From the NCBI GenBank assembly GCA_963827755.1, contig CAWHCQ010000035.1, forward strand, positions 62,368 to 126,367: a stretch of 64,000 nt of DNA, read 5' to 3'. How positions within the stretch are numbered: position 1 is the stretch's first letter; every line of letters begins with the position of its first letter. This DNA is from an uncultured Gammaproteobacteria bacterium (GTDB taxonomy: Bacteria; Pseudomonadota; Gammaproteobacteria; UBA9214). Below the pieces are notes generated by a model. The model was not told the DNA's origin and did not search any database. It was given only the letters and a program-made list of their open reading frames with translations. The translations under genes and the position numbers were made by a program. Below are positions 13,302 through 24,147 of the stretch, in pieces.

Positions 13302-14477
13302 TCAAGCAGGACTCAGGCTGTTTAAATACTCACCGAGGCGGCGCACACCTTCGCGCAGATTCTCCAGCGAGGTGGTATAGGCAAAACGCACATGCTTCTC
13401 CGGCTGGTTGCTGCCGAAATCCACACCGGGCGTAATCGCCACACCGGCCTCTTCCAGCAGCTGTTTTGAAAAGGCATAACTGTCGTCGCTGAAGCGGCTG
13501 CAATCGGCATACAGATAAAATGCCCCGTCCGGGGTGACCGGGATATCAAAACCGAGTTCACGCAAGGCCGGCAACAAAAAATCGCGCCGTTCACGAAACG
13601 CCTGCCGGCGTGTTTCCAGGATCGCGATGCTCTCATCACTAAAAGCCGCCAGGGCCGCATGCTGGGCCATGGTCGGCGCGGCAAGAAACAGGTTCTGCGC
13701 CAGTTTGTCGATGCCCTGCACGCAGTCCTGCGGCACCACCATCCAGCCAAGCCGCCAGCCGGTCATGCCGAAATATTTTGAAAAACTGTTAATCACGATC
13801 AGGTCGTCGGAAACGGCAAGCGCCGTCTCGTGCCGCAACACCATAGGTCAGCCCGTGATAGATCTCATCCACGATCAGGCTGCCACCCTGCGACCGGGTG
13901 TAGTCATACAACTGCCTGAATGGTTTCCTGCGGCAACAGTGTCCCGGTCGGGTTCGACGGTGATGCCAGCAACAGGGCCGCAACATCGCGGTGACCAGTA
14001 CTGCTCGACCTGTTCAACCGTGGGCTGATAACCGCTGCCCGCATCCACGGGTATACCGACCGGCTCTGCGTTTAACAGGTGCACATAATTACGGTTACAG
14101 GGATAACCCGGGTCCGCCATCAACACCTTGTCGCCGCTATTGACGAGCATGCGCAAGCGCAAGCTGCAGGCCGAGCGATGCACCCGGGGTAACGACAATC
14201 CGCCCGGGAGAAACCTTGACGCCATAGCGATCGGAATAGAATGCCGCAATCCGCTCACGTAATGCCGGCAGGCCGGTAGCCGGCGTGTAATGGGTATAGC
14301 CTGCTGACAGGGCCTTGATACCGGCATCGATGACCGGTTGCGGCGTTACAAAATCCGGCTCGCCGATTTCCATGTGAATAATCGATACGACCGGCCGCCT
14401 CCAGCTCCCGGGCACGGGCAAGCAATGCCATGACATGGAATGGCTGAATGGCCTCCATGCGGTCTGGCAATTTTCAC
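13302..14477 (-). CDS. PLP-dependent class I/II aminotransferase; several frameshifts
   Basis: IQPFHVMALLARA, IHMEIGEPDF, PGYPCNRN, DEIYHGL, INSFSKYFGMTGWRLGW; GTG 14477 overlaps the cbbY stop. Confidence 0.88.
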
Positions 14478-15253
14478 CCGCGCGCGGCCTGGCAGTGTGC
14501 ATGCAGTCTTTGCAGGTAGTCGGTATCGACAAACGGCCCGGGCTGCAATTCACCCTCTATCAGCCGGCACGGCTCAGCGGGCTCACCGAGATGGTCAAGC
14601 ACGGCTGCCGCACCGGTAAAATCATGGTCATCGGTATAACGGTTCAGCGTTATCAGTGTGACCACACCGGCAGCCAGCGCGGATTTGAGGCCATTGGACG
14701 AATCCTCGATCGCAATACACTGCTCGGGCGCAAGCCCCAGCTCCGCAAGGGCATGATGATAAATGTCCGGCGCCGGTTTCTTGTTCGGCACGACTCCGCC
14801 GGCCGCAATCACGTCAAACCAGTCCGCGACATGGTCGCCAAAACTGTGCTCGAACAGTGCGGTGACATTGTCCGGCGTGGTCGTCGTGACAATCGCCAGC
14901 CGCAGACCCTGCGCCTTGGCATCCCTGATCAGGCGTTCGACACCCGGCCGCAACGGAACCGTGCCGGCAGCCAGGGCACCGACATAAAATTCCGTCTTGC
15001 TGCGATGCAGGTCCGCAATAAAGGCATCGGCATCACCCGGCAGGCTCACATCAGGCCGGTCCCGGTCGAGGTAATGACGAATACGTTCCTTGCCGCCGGT
15101 GACCGAGAGCAAATCGTGATACAGGGCCTGTCCCCAGTTCCAGTCCAGCCCGGCCCTGGCGAATGCCGCGTTGAAGGCCTGGCGGTGAACCTCCTCGGTA
15201 TCTGCCAGGGTCCCGTCGACATCCAGCAGCAGCGCTTCCAGTTTTGATTTCAT
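14474..15253 (-). CDS. cbbY: HAD-IA hydrolase, CbbY family (xylulose-1,5-bisphosphate phosphatase-like)
   Basis: DVDGTLADTEEVHRQAFNAAF, LDWNW, LLSVTGGKERI, LRPGV, KKPAPDIY, IEDSSNG. Confidence 0.85.
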   Translation of the reverse strand: MKSKLEALLLDVDGTLADTEEVHRQAFNAAFARAGLDWNWGQALYHDLLSVTGGKERIRHYLDRDRPDVSLPGDADAFIADLHRSKTEFYVGALAAGTVPLRPGVERLIRDAKAQGLRLAIVTTTTPDNVTALFEHSFGDHVADWFDVIAAGGVVPNKKPAPDIYHHALAELGLAPEQCIAIEDSSNGLKSALAAGVVTLITLNRYTDDHDFTGAAAVLDHLGEPAEPCRLIEGELQPGPFVDTDYLQRLHAHCQAARG

Positions 15254-15488
15254 AGAGCAACCTCTCTATATCAAGTTTACGCACCGTTTTGATTACAGCA
15301 TGCAATCCGGCGCTGAATAACGCCGGTTTTACACCGGCTTCCGTTCTTGACTAATAGCCAAAGTGGCGTATAAATAGCGCCCCTGTGACCGTTAACCGGG
15401 TGCATGGACGTATGCAGACAGCCGGTGGAACACTGAAATTTCCTGTTTAAACAATACCTTGTTGTAGCTGTACCCGGGGATAGTTTAC

Positions 15489-16204
15489 ATGGCAGCAAAA
15501 AAGAAAGCAGTAAAGTCATCGGCAAGAGCCGGAAAAAAAACCGCTCCTAAAAAGAAGGTGGTTAAAAAGGCGGCTGTTGGCAAGAAAACCAAGCAAAAAG
15601 GCGCACCGAAAAAGAAGGCCGCTGCAAAAAGGCCGCCCCGAAAAAGAAAGCCGCTGCAAAGAAGGCCGCCCCGAAGAAGAAGGCCACTGCAAGAAAGGCC
15701 GCCCCGAAAAAGAAAGCCGCTGCAAAGAAGGCCGCGCCGAAGAAAACCGGCGCCGCAAGGCCAGCCCGCAAGAAAGCCCCGGTAACCCAGATAGGCCCGG
15801 TTCCAGGCATCGCCAGTTATCGAGCGCGAAAGGGCGAGGCGTACATGAACGAGGAGCAGATCGCTCACTTCAAAAATATCCTGCTGGCCTGGAAACGAAG
15901 CCTGATGGAAGAAGTGGACCGCACGGTCCATCACATGCAGGATGACGCCGCCAACTTTCCGGACCCCAACGACCGCGCCACCCAGGAGTCCGAATTCAGC
16001 ATGGAACTGCGCGCCCGCGATCGCGAGCGCAAGTTAATCAAGAAGATCGATGAATCGATGCGCAATCTTGACAGCAATGACTTTGGCTACTGTGAGGCCT
16101 GCGGGGTAGAGATCGGCGTGAAACGGCTTGAAGCCAGGCCCACTGCAACACTCTGCATCGACTGCAAGATCCTTGATGAAATCCGGGAAAAACAGATGGG
16201 CTGA
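15489..16204 (+). CDS. dksA: RNA polymerase-binding protein DksA with Lys/Ala/Pro-rich N-terminal extension; one frameshift near 15626-15630
   Basis: [26 protein letters not shown]...[14 protein letters not shown]; adding one A in the A-run joins ATG 15489 to the DksA frame. Confidence 0.93.
15606..15745 (+). repeat. coding tandem repeat, ~33-nt unit encoding [11 protein letters not shown]
   Basis: About four imperfect copies of aagaaggccgccccgaaaaagaaagccgctgca. Confidence 0.85.
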
Positions 16205-16232
16205 TACAGGGCATGCATGACGAATTTAAAAC

Positions 16233-16255
16233 AGCCGGCTTATGCCGGCTTTTTT
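16233..16255 (+). terminator. intrinsic terminator after dksA
   Basis: AGCCGGC-TTAT-GCCGGCT followed by a T-run. Confidence 0.7.
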
Positions 16256-16295
16256 ATCATCAACACATGATACCTGCGAACCATTCCCTGCCGAC

Positions 16296-17208
16296 ATGAT
16301 GAACACCTACCGCGGCCGCTTTGCCCCCTCGCCCACCGGGCCACTCCACTTTGGATCACTGCTTGCGGCTGTCAGCAGTTACCTCGATGCACGCCATCAC
16401 CGGGGCGAGTGGTTATTGCGCATGGAAGACCTGGACCCGCCACGGGAAGTCCGCGGTGCAGCGGATGATATATTGCGCACGCTGGAAGCACTTGGCCTGC
16501 ACTGGGATGGTCCCGTTGCCTGGCAAAGTCAACGTAAGCCACTACTATGAAGACGCGCTTGCCAGTCTGGAGCGCGCCGGGCATACCTACGGCTGTGCCT
16601 GCACGCGCAAGGAAATTGCCGACAGCTCGATGAAATCCGGCGCCGGCGGCGTATATTCGGGAACCTGCCGATCCGGCATACCACAGGGACGCAAGGCACG
16701 GTCAATTCGTGTACAGGTCCATGACACTGATATCAGCGTCAGGGACAGGCTGCAAGGCACACTCAGGCAACAGCTTGGGCGGGACGTTGGCGATTTCATT
16801 ATCAGGCGTGCCGATCAATTGTTCGCCTATCAACTTGCCGTTGTGGTTGATGATGCCGGGCAGGGTATCAGTCATGTGGTGCGTGGCACCGACCTGTTCG
16901 ACTCGACCCCGCGACAGATCCACTTGCAGCAACTGCTGGGTTACCCGCAGCCGTCCTACCTGCATATACCGGTCGCCGTGGACAGCAAAAACGACAAACT
17001 CAGCAAGCAGACGCACGCACCCCCCGTCAATCCCGACGACTGGTCGACAGTCCTGTGTGATGTGCTCACCTTCCTCAACCAGCCATTACCCGGGTCCGTG
17101 GAGGACGCCAGCAAGGCGGAACTCTGGCAGTGGGCCATCGAACACTGGAATACGGACTCGCTGCCCGTCAGCCGCTCGATCGCGGCAGCGCCGGGTTACA
17201 TCGGGTAA
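16296..17208 (+). CDS. gluQ: glutamyl-Q tRNA(Asp) synthetase; one frameshift near 16540
   Basis: [56 protein letters not shown]; dksA-gluQ synteny. Confidence 0.92.
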
Positions 17209-17269
17209 TTCCCTCGCGCCTGGTGTAATGAACAATTCGCAAACATCCCGATTGAATATAAATCATGAC

Positions 17270-17297
17270 TTGGCTCACGGCCCGACCGGGCTATAAT
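17270..17297 (+). promoter_or_regulatory. putative sigma70 promoter of acs
   Basis: TTGGCT-N16-TATAAT about 50 nt upstream of the acs ATG. Confidence 0.45.
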
Positions 17298-17346
17298 CAG
17301 GGCCACACAAAATCACCAACGCCGAGACAAGCAGCGGAGCACATCC

Positions 17347-19284
17347 ATGTCAGATAACACGAGCTACGATATCCCTTCAGAATTTGCACAAGGCGCCCAC
17401 CTTGATGCCAAACAATTCCAGGAAATGTACACACAGTCAGTCACAGACCCCGCCGGCTTCTGGGCCGCGCAGGCCGGGGAGTTTCTCGACTGGGACAAAC
17501 CCTGGGACAATGTACTCGACTGGGACTACAGCAAGGGACATATCCGCTGGTTTGAAGGTGGCAGGCTGAATGCCTGTTATAACTGCGTCGACCGTCACCT
17601 GGAGACGCGTGGCGAGCAGACCGCCCTGATCTGGGAAGGTGATGATCCGGGTGATGACCAGCGCATCAGCTACCGCGAATTACATGAGCATGTCTGCCGA
17701 CTGGCGAATGTACTGAAATCCCGCAATGTAAATAAAGGCGACCGGGTTTGCATCTACATGCCGATGGTCCCGGAAGCCGTCTATGCCATGCTCGCCTGCG
17801 CACGTATCGGCGCCGTCCATTCGGTCGTCTTCGGCGGCTTCTCGCCGGAATCCGTCAAGGACCGCATTCTCGACTCGGACTGCCGGATGGTCATCACCGC
17901 CGACGAAGGCCTGCGCGGCGGCAAGACCGTCCCGCTGAAGGGCAATGTCGATGAAGCCCTGCTTGGCTGCCCGAATGTGCACACGGTACTGGTGCTGCGC
18001 CGTACGAATGGCGAGATCAGCTGGCATGATGAACGTGATATCTGGTATCACGAGGCCACGGCAGCCGTATCAAAAGACTGCCCGGTCGAGATCATGGATG
18101 CGGAAGACCCGCTGTTCATTCTTTACACCTCCGGCTCCACGGGAAAACCCAAGGGCGTGCTGCATACCACCGGCGGTTACCTGCTGTATGCCGCCATCAC
18201 CCACAAATACGTCTTCGACTACCATGATGGCGACGTCTACTGGTGTACGGCGGACGTTGGCTGGGTTACCGGCCATTCCTACATTGTCTATGGCCCGCTT
18301 GCCAACGGCGCGATCTCGCTGGTCTTTGAAGGGGTACCCACCTATCCGAATGCCTCGCGCTTCTGGCAGGTCTGCGACAAACACAAGGTCAACATCTTCT
18401 ACACCGCACCGACCGCACTGCGCGCACTCATGCGCATGGGAGACAAGCCGGTTACCGATACGAAGCGCAGCAGCCTGCGCCTGCTGGGTACCGTCGGCGA
18501 ACCGATCAACCCGGAGGCCTGGGAGTGGTACTACCGTACGGTTGGCGAGACCCGCTGCCCGATTGTCGACACCTGGTGGCAAACCGAAACCGGCGGCCAC
18601 ATGATTGCACCGGTACCCGGCGCCATGCGCATGAAACCCGGCTCGGCCGCCCTGCCCTTCTTCGGCGTGGTGCCGGCCATCGTCGACGCGCAGGGAAAAG
18701 TGCTTGAGGGTGTCGCCGAGGGCAGCCTGGTCATGACCCGCCCGTGGCCCGGGCAAATGCGTGACGTCTACGGCGACCATCAACGTTTTATCGATACCTA
18801 CTTCAGCGCATTTCCCGGTATGTACTTTACCGGCGACGGGGCGCGTCGTGATGAAGACGGGTATTACTGGATCACCGGGCGCGTCGACGATGTGCTGATT
18901 GTCTCCGGACACAACCTCGGCACGGCCGAACTGGAGAGTGCGCTGGTCTTGCACCCGAAGGTCGCCGAGGCCGCGATTGTCGGCTATCCGCATGACATCA
19001 AGGGCCAGGGCATCTATGCCTACGTCACCCTCATCAACGGGGTCGAGCCTGATGATGCCCTGCGCAAGGAACTGATCACCCATGTGCGCAAGGAAATCGG
19101 CCCGATCGCCACGCCGGATATCATCCAGTGGGCGCCGGGCCTGCCAAAAACCCGCTCCGGTAAAATCATGCGGCGGATTCTGCGCAAAATTGCGGCCAAC
19201 CAGATGGACTCGCTCGGTGACACCTCGACACTGGCCGATCCGGCCGTGGTCGATGACCTGATCAAGAACCGCATCGCCACCTGA
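17347..19284 (+). CDS. acs: acetyl-CoA synthetase (AMP-forming)
   Basis: [42 protein letters not shown]. Confidence 0.97.
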   Translation: MSDNTSYDIPSEFAQGAHLDAKQFQEMYTQSVTDPAGFWAAQAGEFLDWDKPWDNVLDWDYSKGHIRWFEGGRLNACYNCVDRHLETRGEQTALIWEGDDPGDDQRISYRELHEHVCRLANVLKSRNVNKGDRVCIYMPMVPEAVYAMLACARIGAVHSVVFGGFSPESVKDRILDSDCRMVITADEGLRGGKTVPLKGNVDEALLGCPNVHTVLVLRRTNGEISWHDERDIWYHEATAAVSKDCPVEIMDAEDPLFILYTSGSTGKPKGVLHTTGGYLLYAAITHKYVFDYHDGDVYWCTADVGWVTGHSYIVYGPLANGAISLVFEGVPTYPNASRFWQVCDKHKVNIFYTAPTALRALMRMGDKPVTDTKRSSLRLLGTVGEPINPEAWEWYYRTVGETRCPIVDTWWQTETGGHMIAPVPGAMRMKPGSAALPFFGVVPAIVDAQGKVLEGVAEGSLVMTRPWPGQMRDVYGDHQRFIDTYFSAFPGMYFTGDGARRDEDGYYWITGRVDDVLIVSGHNLGTAELESALVLHPKVAEAAIVGYPHDIKGQGIYAYVTLINGVEPDDALRKELITHVRKEIGPIATPDIIQWAPGLPKTRSGKIMRRILRKIAANQMDSLGDTSTLADPAVVDDLIKNRIAT

Positions 19285-19311
19285 AACCGTTCCCCGAACG
19301 GCGCAACGCGG

Positions 19312-20272
19312 ATGATCACATCCAGCGCGTTCACACCGGCCTGGTGGCTGCGCGGGGCGCACCGGCAAACCCTGTTTGCCTCGCTCTGCCGGCGCCGGCT
19401 TGCCCCGCCGCTGACACGCGAACGCATCGAACTGCCCGACGGTGATTTCATCGACCTGGACTGGTCGAAAAACTGCCACGGGTAAAATCGTGCTGGTTCT
19501 GCACGGCCTGGAAGGATCGCTCGAATCCCACTATACCGGCGGCCTGTTAAGGGTCCTGGCAGAGGAAAATTACACAGCCGGGCTGATGTACTTCCGCAAC
19601 TGCAGCGGAGAACCCAACCGGCTTGCGCGCAGTTACCACTCGGGGGAAACCGGGGACCTCGATTACATCGTCCGCCACATCCTGGAAAAACATCCCGGCA
19701 GACCGCTTGTCGTCATCGGCTTTTCACTCGGCGGCAATGTGTTGCTGAAGTGGCTCGGGGAACAGGCAGAGGCATCACCGCTGCACAGCGCCATTGCCAT
19801 CTCCGTGCCATTCGATCTCAACAGCGCGGCACTGAAGCTGGAGAAAGGCCTGTCGAGAATATACCAGCGTCACCTGCTGAAGAAACTGAGGAACTCGGTG
19901 AGAAGAAAGGCCGCGCGTCACCCGCCGCCGCTTCCCCTGGAACACTTGCGGGAGTTGCGGACATTCAGGGAATTTGACGACAGGATCACGGCACCGTTGC
20001 ATGGCTTTCGTGATGTCGACGACTACTACAGCCAAAGCAGCTGCCGGCAGTTCCTGAAAACCATTCACACCCCGACCCTGATTATCCAGGCAAGCGATGA
20101 TCCCTTCCTGCCAACCACCGCGCTTCCGCGTGACACCGAGCTGGCCGCGGCCGTCACCCTGGAACTGTCCCGTCATGGCGGTCATGTCGGCTTCATCTCG
20201 GGCAGCAATCCGTTCCATCCGCGCTACTGGCTGGAGCAGCGCATCATCCGGCGCCTGGCCGAAACCGGCTGA
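19312..20272 (+). CDS. yheT: YheT-family alpha/beta hydrolase; frameshift near 19470
   Basis: FTPAWWLRGAHRQTL, ELPDGDFIDLDW, HGLEGS, YHSGETGD, GFSLGG, DDPF, GGHVGF. Confidence 0.88.
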
Positions 20273-20402
20273 ACAGGTACAGGAGCCGTGAGGTGCGCAG
20301 ACCCTGATCGCCTTGAGAGGTGCCTCTAATTTCTGTTAGATAACGGATGTATCTTACTGTTTATCATTAATATACTTTCTGGCTATTACGCGCCCTGTTA
20401 AA

Positions 20403-20550
20403 ACCCGTCAGTCGATATGCCCAATCAAATCAGCCATACCTTTGATGGGTACGTCGCTTCGCTCCTTTACCCATCCTACGAAGAAGAAACGTCCATGCAG
20501 GACGGGTAAAGCGGCGCGTACCCGTCAGTCGATAGGCACAATCACATCAG
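20403..20550. repeat. BIME-like mosaic: inverted REP pair bracketed by a 31-bp direct repeat
   Basis: GATGGGTACGTCGCTTCGCTCCTTTACCCATCCTAC / GCAGGACGGGTAAAGCGGCGCGTACCCGTC; ACCCGTCAGTCGATAtGCcCAATCAaATCAG at 20403 and at 20520 (3 mismatches). Confidence 0.7.
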
Positions 20551-21350
20551 TCCTGCCCCGTGAAGGGATCAAACACCCTGGGCATGCGCCTGGAGAGATG
20601 CCGGTCAACTTTCCTGAATAAGCGTCTGGCGCGCTGTCGGCTGGCACGCTCACCCAGGTAGGCATAAATAAAGCGCAGCCGCTGGGTCCGACTGAGATAC
20701 GAGAGTGCCAGGCGGGCAAGGCTCGACAAATCCACCACCTGCCCACGGCCCGGGCGCAGATGCATGTAACGCCCGCGCGGGCAGTCTATCCAGGTACAGC
20801 GATAGTGCCCGCCTGCATCACGATGCACCAGGATGTTGCGCCATTTCAGATCAAAATGAAAAAACCGCTTGCGATGGGCGCGCTGCAGCTGGCCGATTAT
20901 TTCCGTGCTGATTTCCCGGTAGACGCGTGATCGTTCCGCTTGCGGCAAGCTTACACCAGTGCTGCCGTGCATACTCATCCAGGCTGAGCGCATCCGGGAC
21001 TTCCTCGTGTAACGATACAGGCCGCGATCAAACGGCCAAACTCGCGGATCTCGCCGAGCGCGAGCGGCTTCAGCGTCGGTATGCCGATCGCGGCCAGCTG
21101 CTGGTAGGAATACACCTCGTTGGCCGCCCTGCTCTGCTGCAGGAAGTAGCGGTTCTTGACGATGGTGTACACATAGCGCTTGAAGTAGACGGCGCCAGCG
21201 CCACTCAGCGGCACCCGGTAGGTGTTCACGTGCAGGCTGCCGGTGACCAGTGCTCCCCGGCTCCAGCCTATGCCAGTGACTGCCCTGCCGCAGGCCGAAC
21301 GCCTGCCAGCCGGTCTTCCCAGCCGTCCTCGAAATAAAGGCGGTTGCCAT
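20547..21350 (-). CDS. lipopolysaccharide kinase (InaA/Kdo/WaaP family); frameshifts
   Basis: VYFKRY, SRAANEVYSYQQLAAIGIPT, FFHFDLKWRNILV, WIDCPRG, DLSSL. Confidence 0.78.
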   Translation of the reverse strand: MATAFISRTAGKTGWQAFGLRQGSHWHRLEPGSTGHRQPAREHLPGAAEWRWRRLLQALCVHHRQEPLLPAAEQGGQRGVFLPAAGRDRHTDAEAARARRDPRVWPFDRGLYRYTRKSRMRSAWMSMHGSTGVSLPQAERSRVYREISTEIIGQLQRAHRKRFFHFDLKWRNILVHRDAGGHYRCTWIDCPRGRYMHLRPGRGQVVDLSSLARLALSYLSRTQRLRFIYAYLGERASRQRARRLFRKVDRHLSRRMPRVFDPFTGQD

Positions 21351-21765
21351 GCAGATGGCAGGGGCCCCTTACCTGCCCTGATCATGGAAATATGCGCCCG
21401 TTGCTGTTCATGGTGTGGCGTATTCTACCCCAGTGCGCACTACGGGCTGGAACAACCCTCAAATTCCGGCCGGAATTTCGCCTTGAAGGGTCTTTCTTCG
21501 GGTTCAAAAAGAAGCGTTTAAGAAAGCGCGAACTCACGCACCTTGCGCAAGTCCATCGGTCACGGTCCTTGCCAGCCTCTTCTTCATCCCGGTGCTGTGC
21601 ATGCCACTCACGGAGTACCCCGGGTTATGGGGTGGCGCCGGTTCGAACCGCTCAACCAGCAGCAGAGTCATGGTACAGGTTTGGTTCCAGTCCCGGGTCT
21701 TTCCCTGCAGGCGTACATGGCCTGTTACCTTAATGATGAAGGCGGTTTCCGCCCTGCTGTTCCCG

Positions 21766-24034
21766 TCATGAATTCTTCGTACCGCTATCCCGGGGTAACG
21801 TCTTCACATGCACATCCCGCTGCGGGAACGGGATGGTAATGCCGGCCTCGCGGAATGCCTTGTCGATGGCGATATTCAGGTCGCTGGTGATGTCGAGCTG
21901 GCGATCGATCTGGCGAATGAAACAGCGCAGTTCAAATTCCAGCGCGCTGTCACCGAACTGCCTGAACAACACCTTTGGCGGAGAAATCGTCGGGTGGTCT
22001 TTCATCACCCCTTCGATGCTCTGTCGCCACGCGAATCAGTATCTCGATCACCCTCGCCACATCGGAACCGTAGGCCACGCCGACCGGTATCTTGATGCGC
22101 CCCCAGGGGTCACGCAGCATCCAGTTCGACACCTTGTTGGCGATCAGTTCCGAGTTGGGCACGATGACATCCGCCCGGTCAAACGTCTCGATCTGGGTGG
22201 AACGAATACTGATCTTGCGCACATAACCCTGCGTGTCGCCGACCACCACCCAGTCACCGGTGCGCACGGGCCGCTCAAACAGCAGGATCAGGCCGGAAAC
22301 GAAATTATTGACGACGTTCTGCAGGCCGAAGCCGATACCGACAGACAGGGCACCGGCGACGATCGCAAGATTGGTATAACTGATACCCGCCACACCGAGT
22401 GCGATCAGGAAGGAAATCATCACCCCCGTATACCCGCTGACGGTTACCATGGCTTCGCGCCCGCCCCGATCCAGCCGGCTGCGCTTTACCAGGTCGGTGA
22501 TCAGGCTTTGTTTGATCCAGCGCGTCAGGCTGACGCCGACGGCCATAACCGCAATCGCCCCGAGCAACTGGGTAGGCGCGATGTGCAGCGAGCCGACATC
22601 GAAACCCTCTGTGACATACTCGCCCAGCCTGGTGATCCAGCGCTCCGACTGGCCCCAGACCCACAGAACCCATACCGCAAACGTCGACCACACAAGCAGG
22701 GAGGTGGCCAGGCGCAGCCAGATCAGCCCGGGAACCAGTTCGCGCGACTTCAGATCCATCAACTTGCGCAATGATTTCTGCCACGGGTACCGGCCCTCAT
22801 CGAGTCCGTCATACAGGAATACGAGTGACCTGGCGGTGAAGCCGGCAACGCCGAAGCCGATGACCGTGCCGCAAAACCCCAGCAGCAGGTGAATGGAAAG
22901 ATTCCTGTAACCGAGTGTCTCGGCGACGGCGACAACCAGCGCGGCCAGCACCATCAGTACCCGCAGGGTCCTTGTTCCCGCCAGGCCCGGGACGCGCCCG
23001 AGGATGATCGCCGACCATACCAGGCTGGCCAGCAACAAACCGGCCATTGCCGTGCGCAGCAGGAAGTAGTGCGGGTCCGGCAACTGGATGACGGACTCGG
23101 CCGTGGTCAGCAGGCTGCCGAGTATCAGCAGCCCCGCGAGTACCCTCAACCAGCGGCTCAGGATTCTTGCATCCTGTTCCGCAAGCCCGGCCCCGACACG
23201 CCCCGCAAGCCAGATATGCAGCAGGCTGTCAAAGGTCAACCACACCACAATGCCCAATACCAGCCGGGTCACAAGGGCAGGCGGCCACTCCGGCAGCAAC
23301 ACCGTCAGCGCCAACGCGCCACCCATCCCGGCCAGCAGCCAGGGCGCTGCCGCCACCAGCGGCCCGCTGCGGTGTTCACGACCGTGACGCAGGAACCAGC
23401 GGCGGCGCCAAACGATCCCCGCAGCTGCCAGCACAACGATGAACAGCGGCACAAACCAGTGTTGCGGGGATGTCAGCCGCTCCCAGCCACTGCCCCGGTC
23501 GAGGAAGCCGGAAACGATTCGTGACCAGGCGCGCGGGGCATCCAGCACGTCAATTATCACTTCCGGGGTCGACAGGCCGCGCGCAAACAGGCGGGCCATC
23601 AGTGCCGCCTGGTCGCGTTCCAGGATACGCTTGAACAGGTCCTGGGATGACTGGGTAAGCTGCTCGCAGGCAATACGCCCTTTTTCATTCCGGTTGATGT
23701 CCGCATCCAGTTCGTCACGCAGGCGGAGAACCTCGGGATCCACAATAGCTGACGGCTCACCCAGCGCTTCACGCCTTGCGGTAAGCGTCGACACCTTCGT
23801 AACAGCATCCGAAATACAGTCACGTGCCTGGCTGCGTATCGTGATCAGGCGCTTCCTGAGAATCGATATCTGGCGCCGCGCCTGCAGCGTATTACCCGCG
23901 GTATCGTCAAGCTGCTCCTGCAGGACGGCCAGTTCACTGCGTGCATTGCCAAGCCCCTGCTCCGTGTCAAGGCCCTGGGCAATCAGCAGGCCGGGGGCCA
24001 GCAACAAGCCGGTCAGTATGAAGCGCAGCGTCAT
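21766..24034 (-). CDS. large MscS/MscK-like mechanosensitive channel; frameshift near 22010
   Basis: Signal peptide, periplasmic coiled coil, many TMs, GALSVGIGFGLQNVVNNFVSGLILLFERPVRTGD, VPNSE, GVAYGSD, FGDSALEF, IPFPQRDVH. Confidence 0.9.
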
Positions 24035-24147
24035 TCTTTTAACCCGTCTCACAATCAACCCCGCCGGTGGGAACCCCGGCAACACCTTCACCCGGCCTGC
24101 AGAATCCGCCCCCTGGAAAAGGCATCAAGTCCAGAGTCCACGCCACC

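Noticed and set aside
15606-15745. 33-nt periodic repeat as a possible CRISPR array
   Set aside because: The units are contiguous with no unique spacers, they encode the Lys/Ala-rich DksA tail, and there are no cas genes in the window.
18070-19479. 469-aa antisense ORF over acs (likewise 24067-25434, 4876-5859, 41823-42815, 58780-59958 and many others)
   Set aside because: These are shadow ORFs produced by high-GC codon bias opposite well-supported genes; they have no recognisable motifs.
20310-20335. GAGAGGTGCCTCTAA as a possible IS/MITE end
   Set aside because: No matching partner IR or target duplication found in the window.
21608-21770. Startless minus-strand frame (…TAFIIKVTGHVRLQGK…LLVERFEP…) as a gene remnant
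   Set aside because: Short, with no start or RBS and no family I can recognise.
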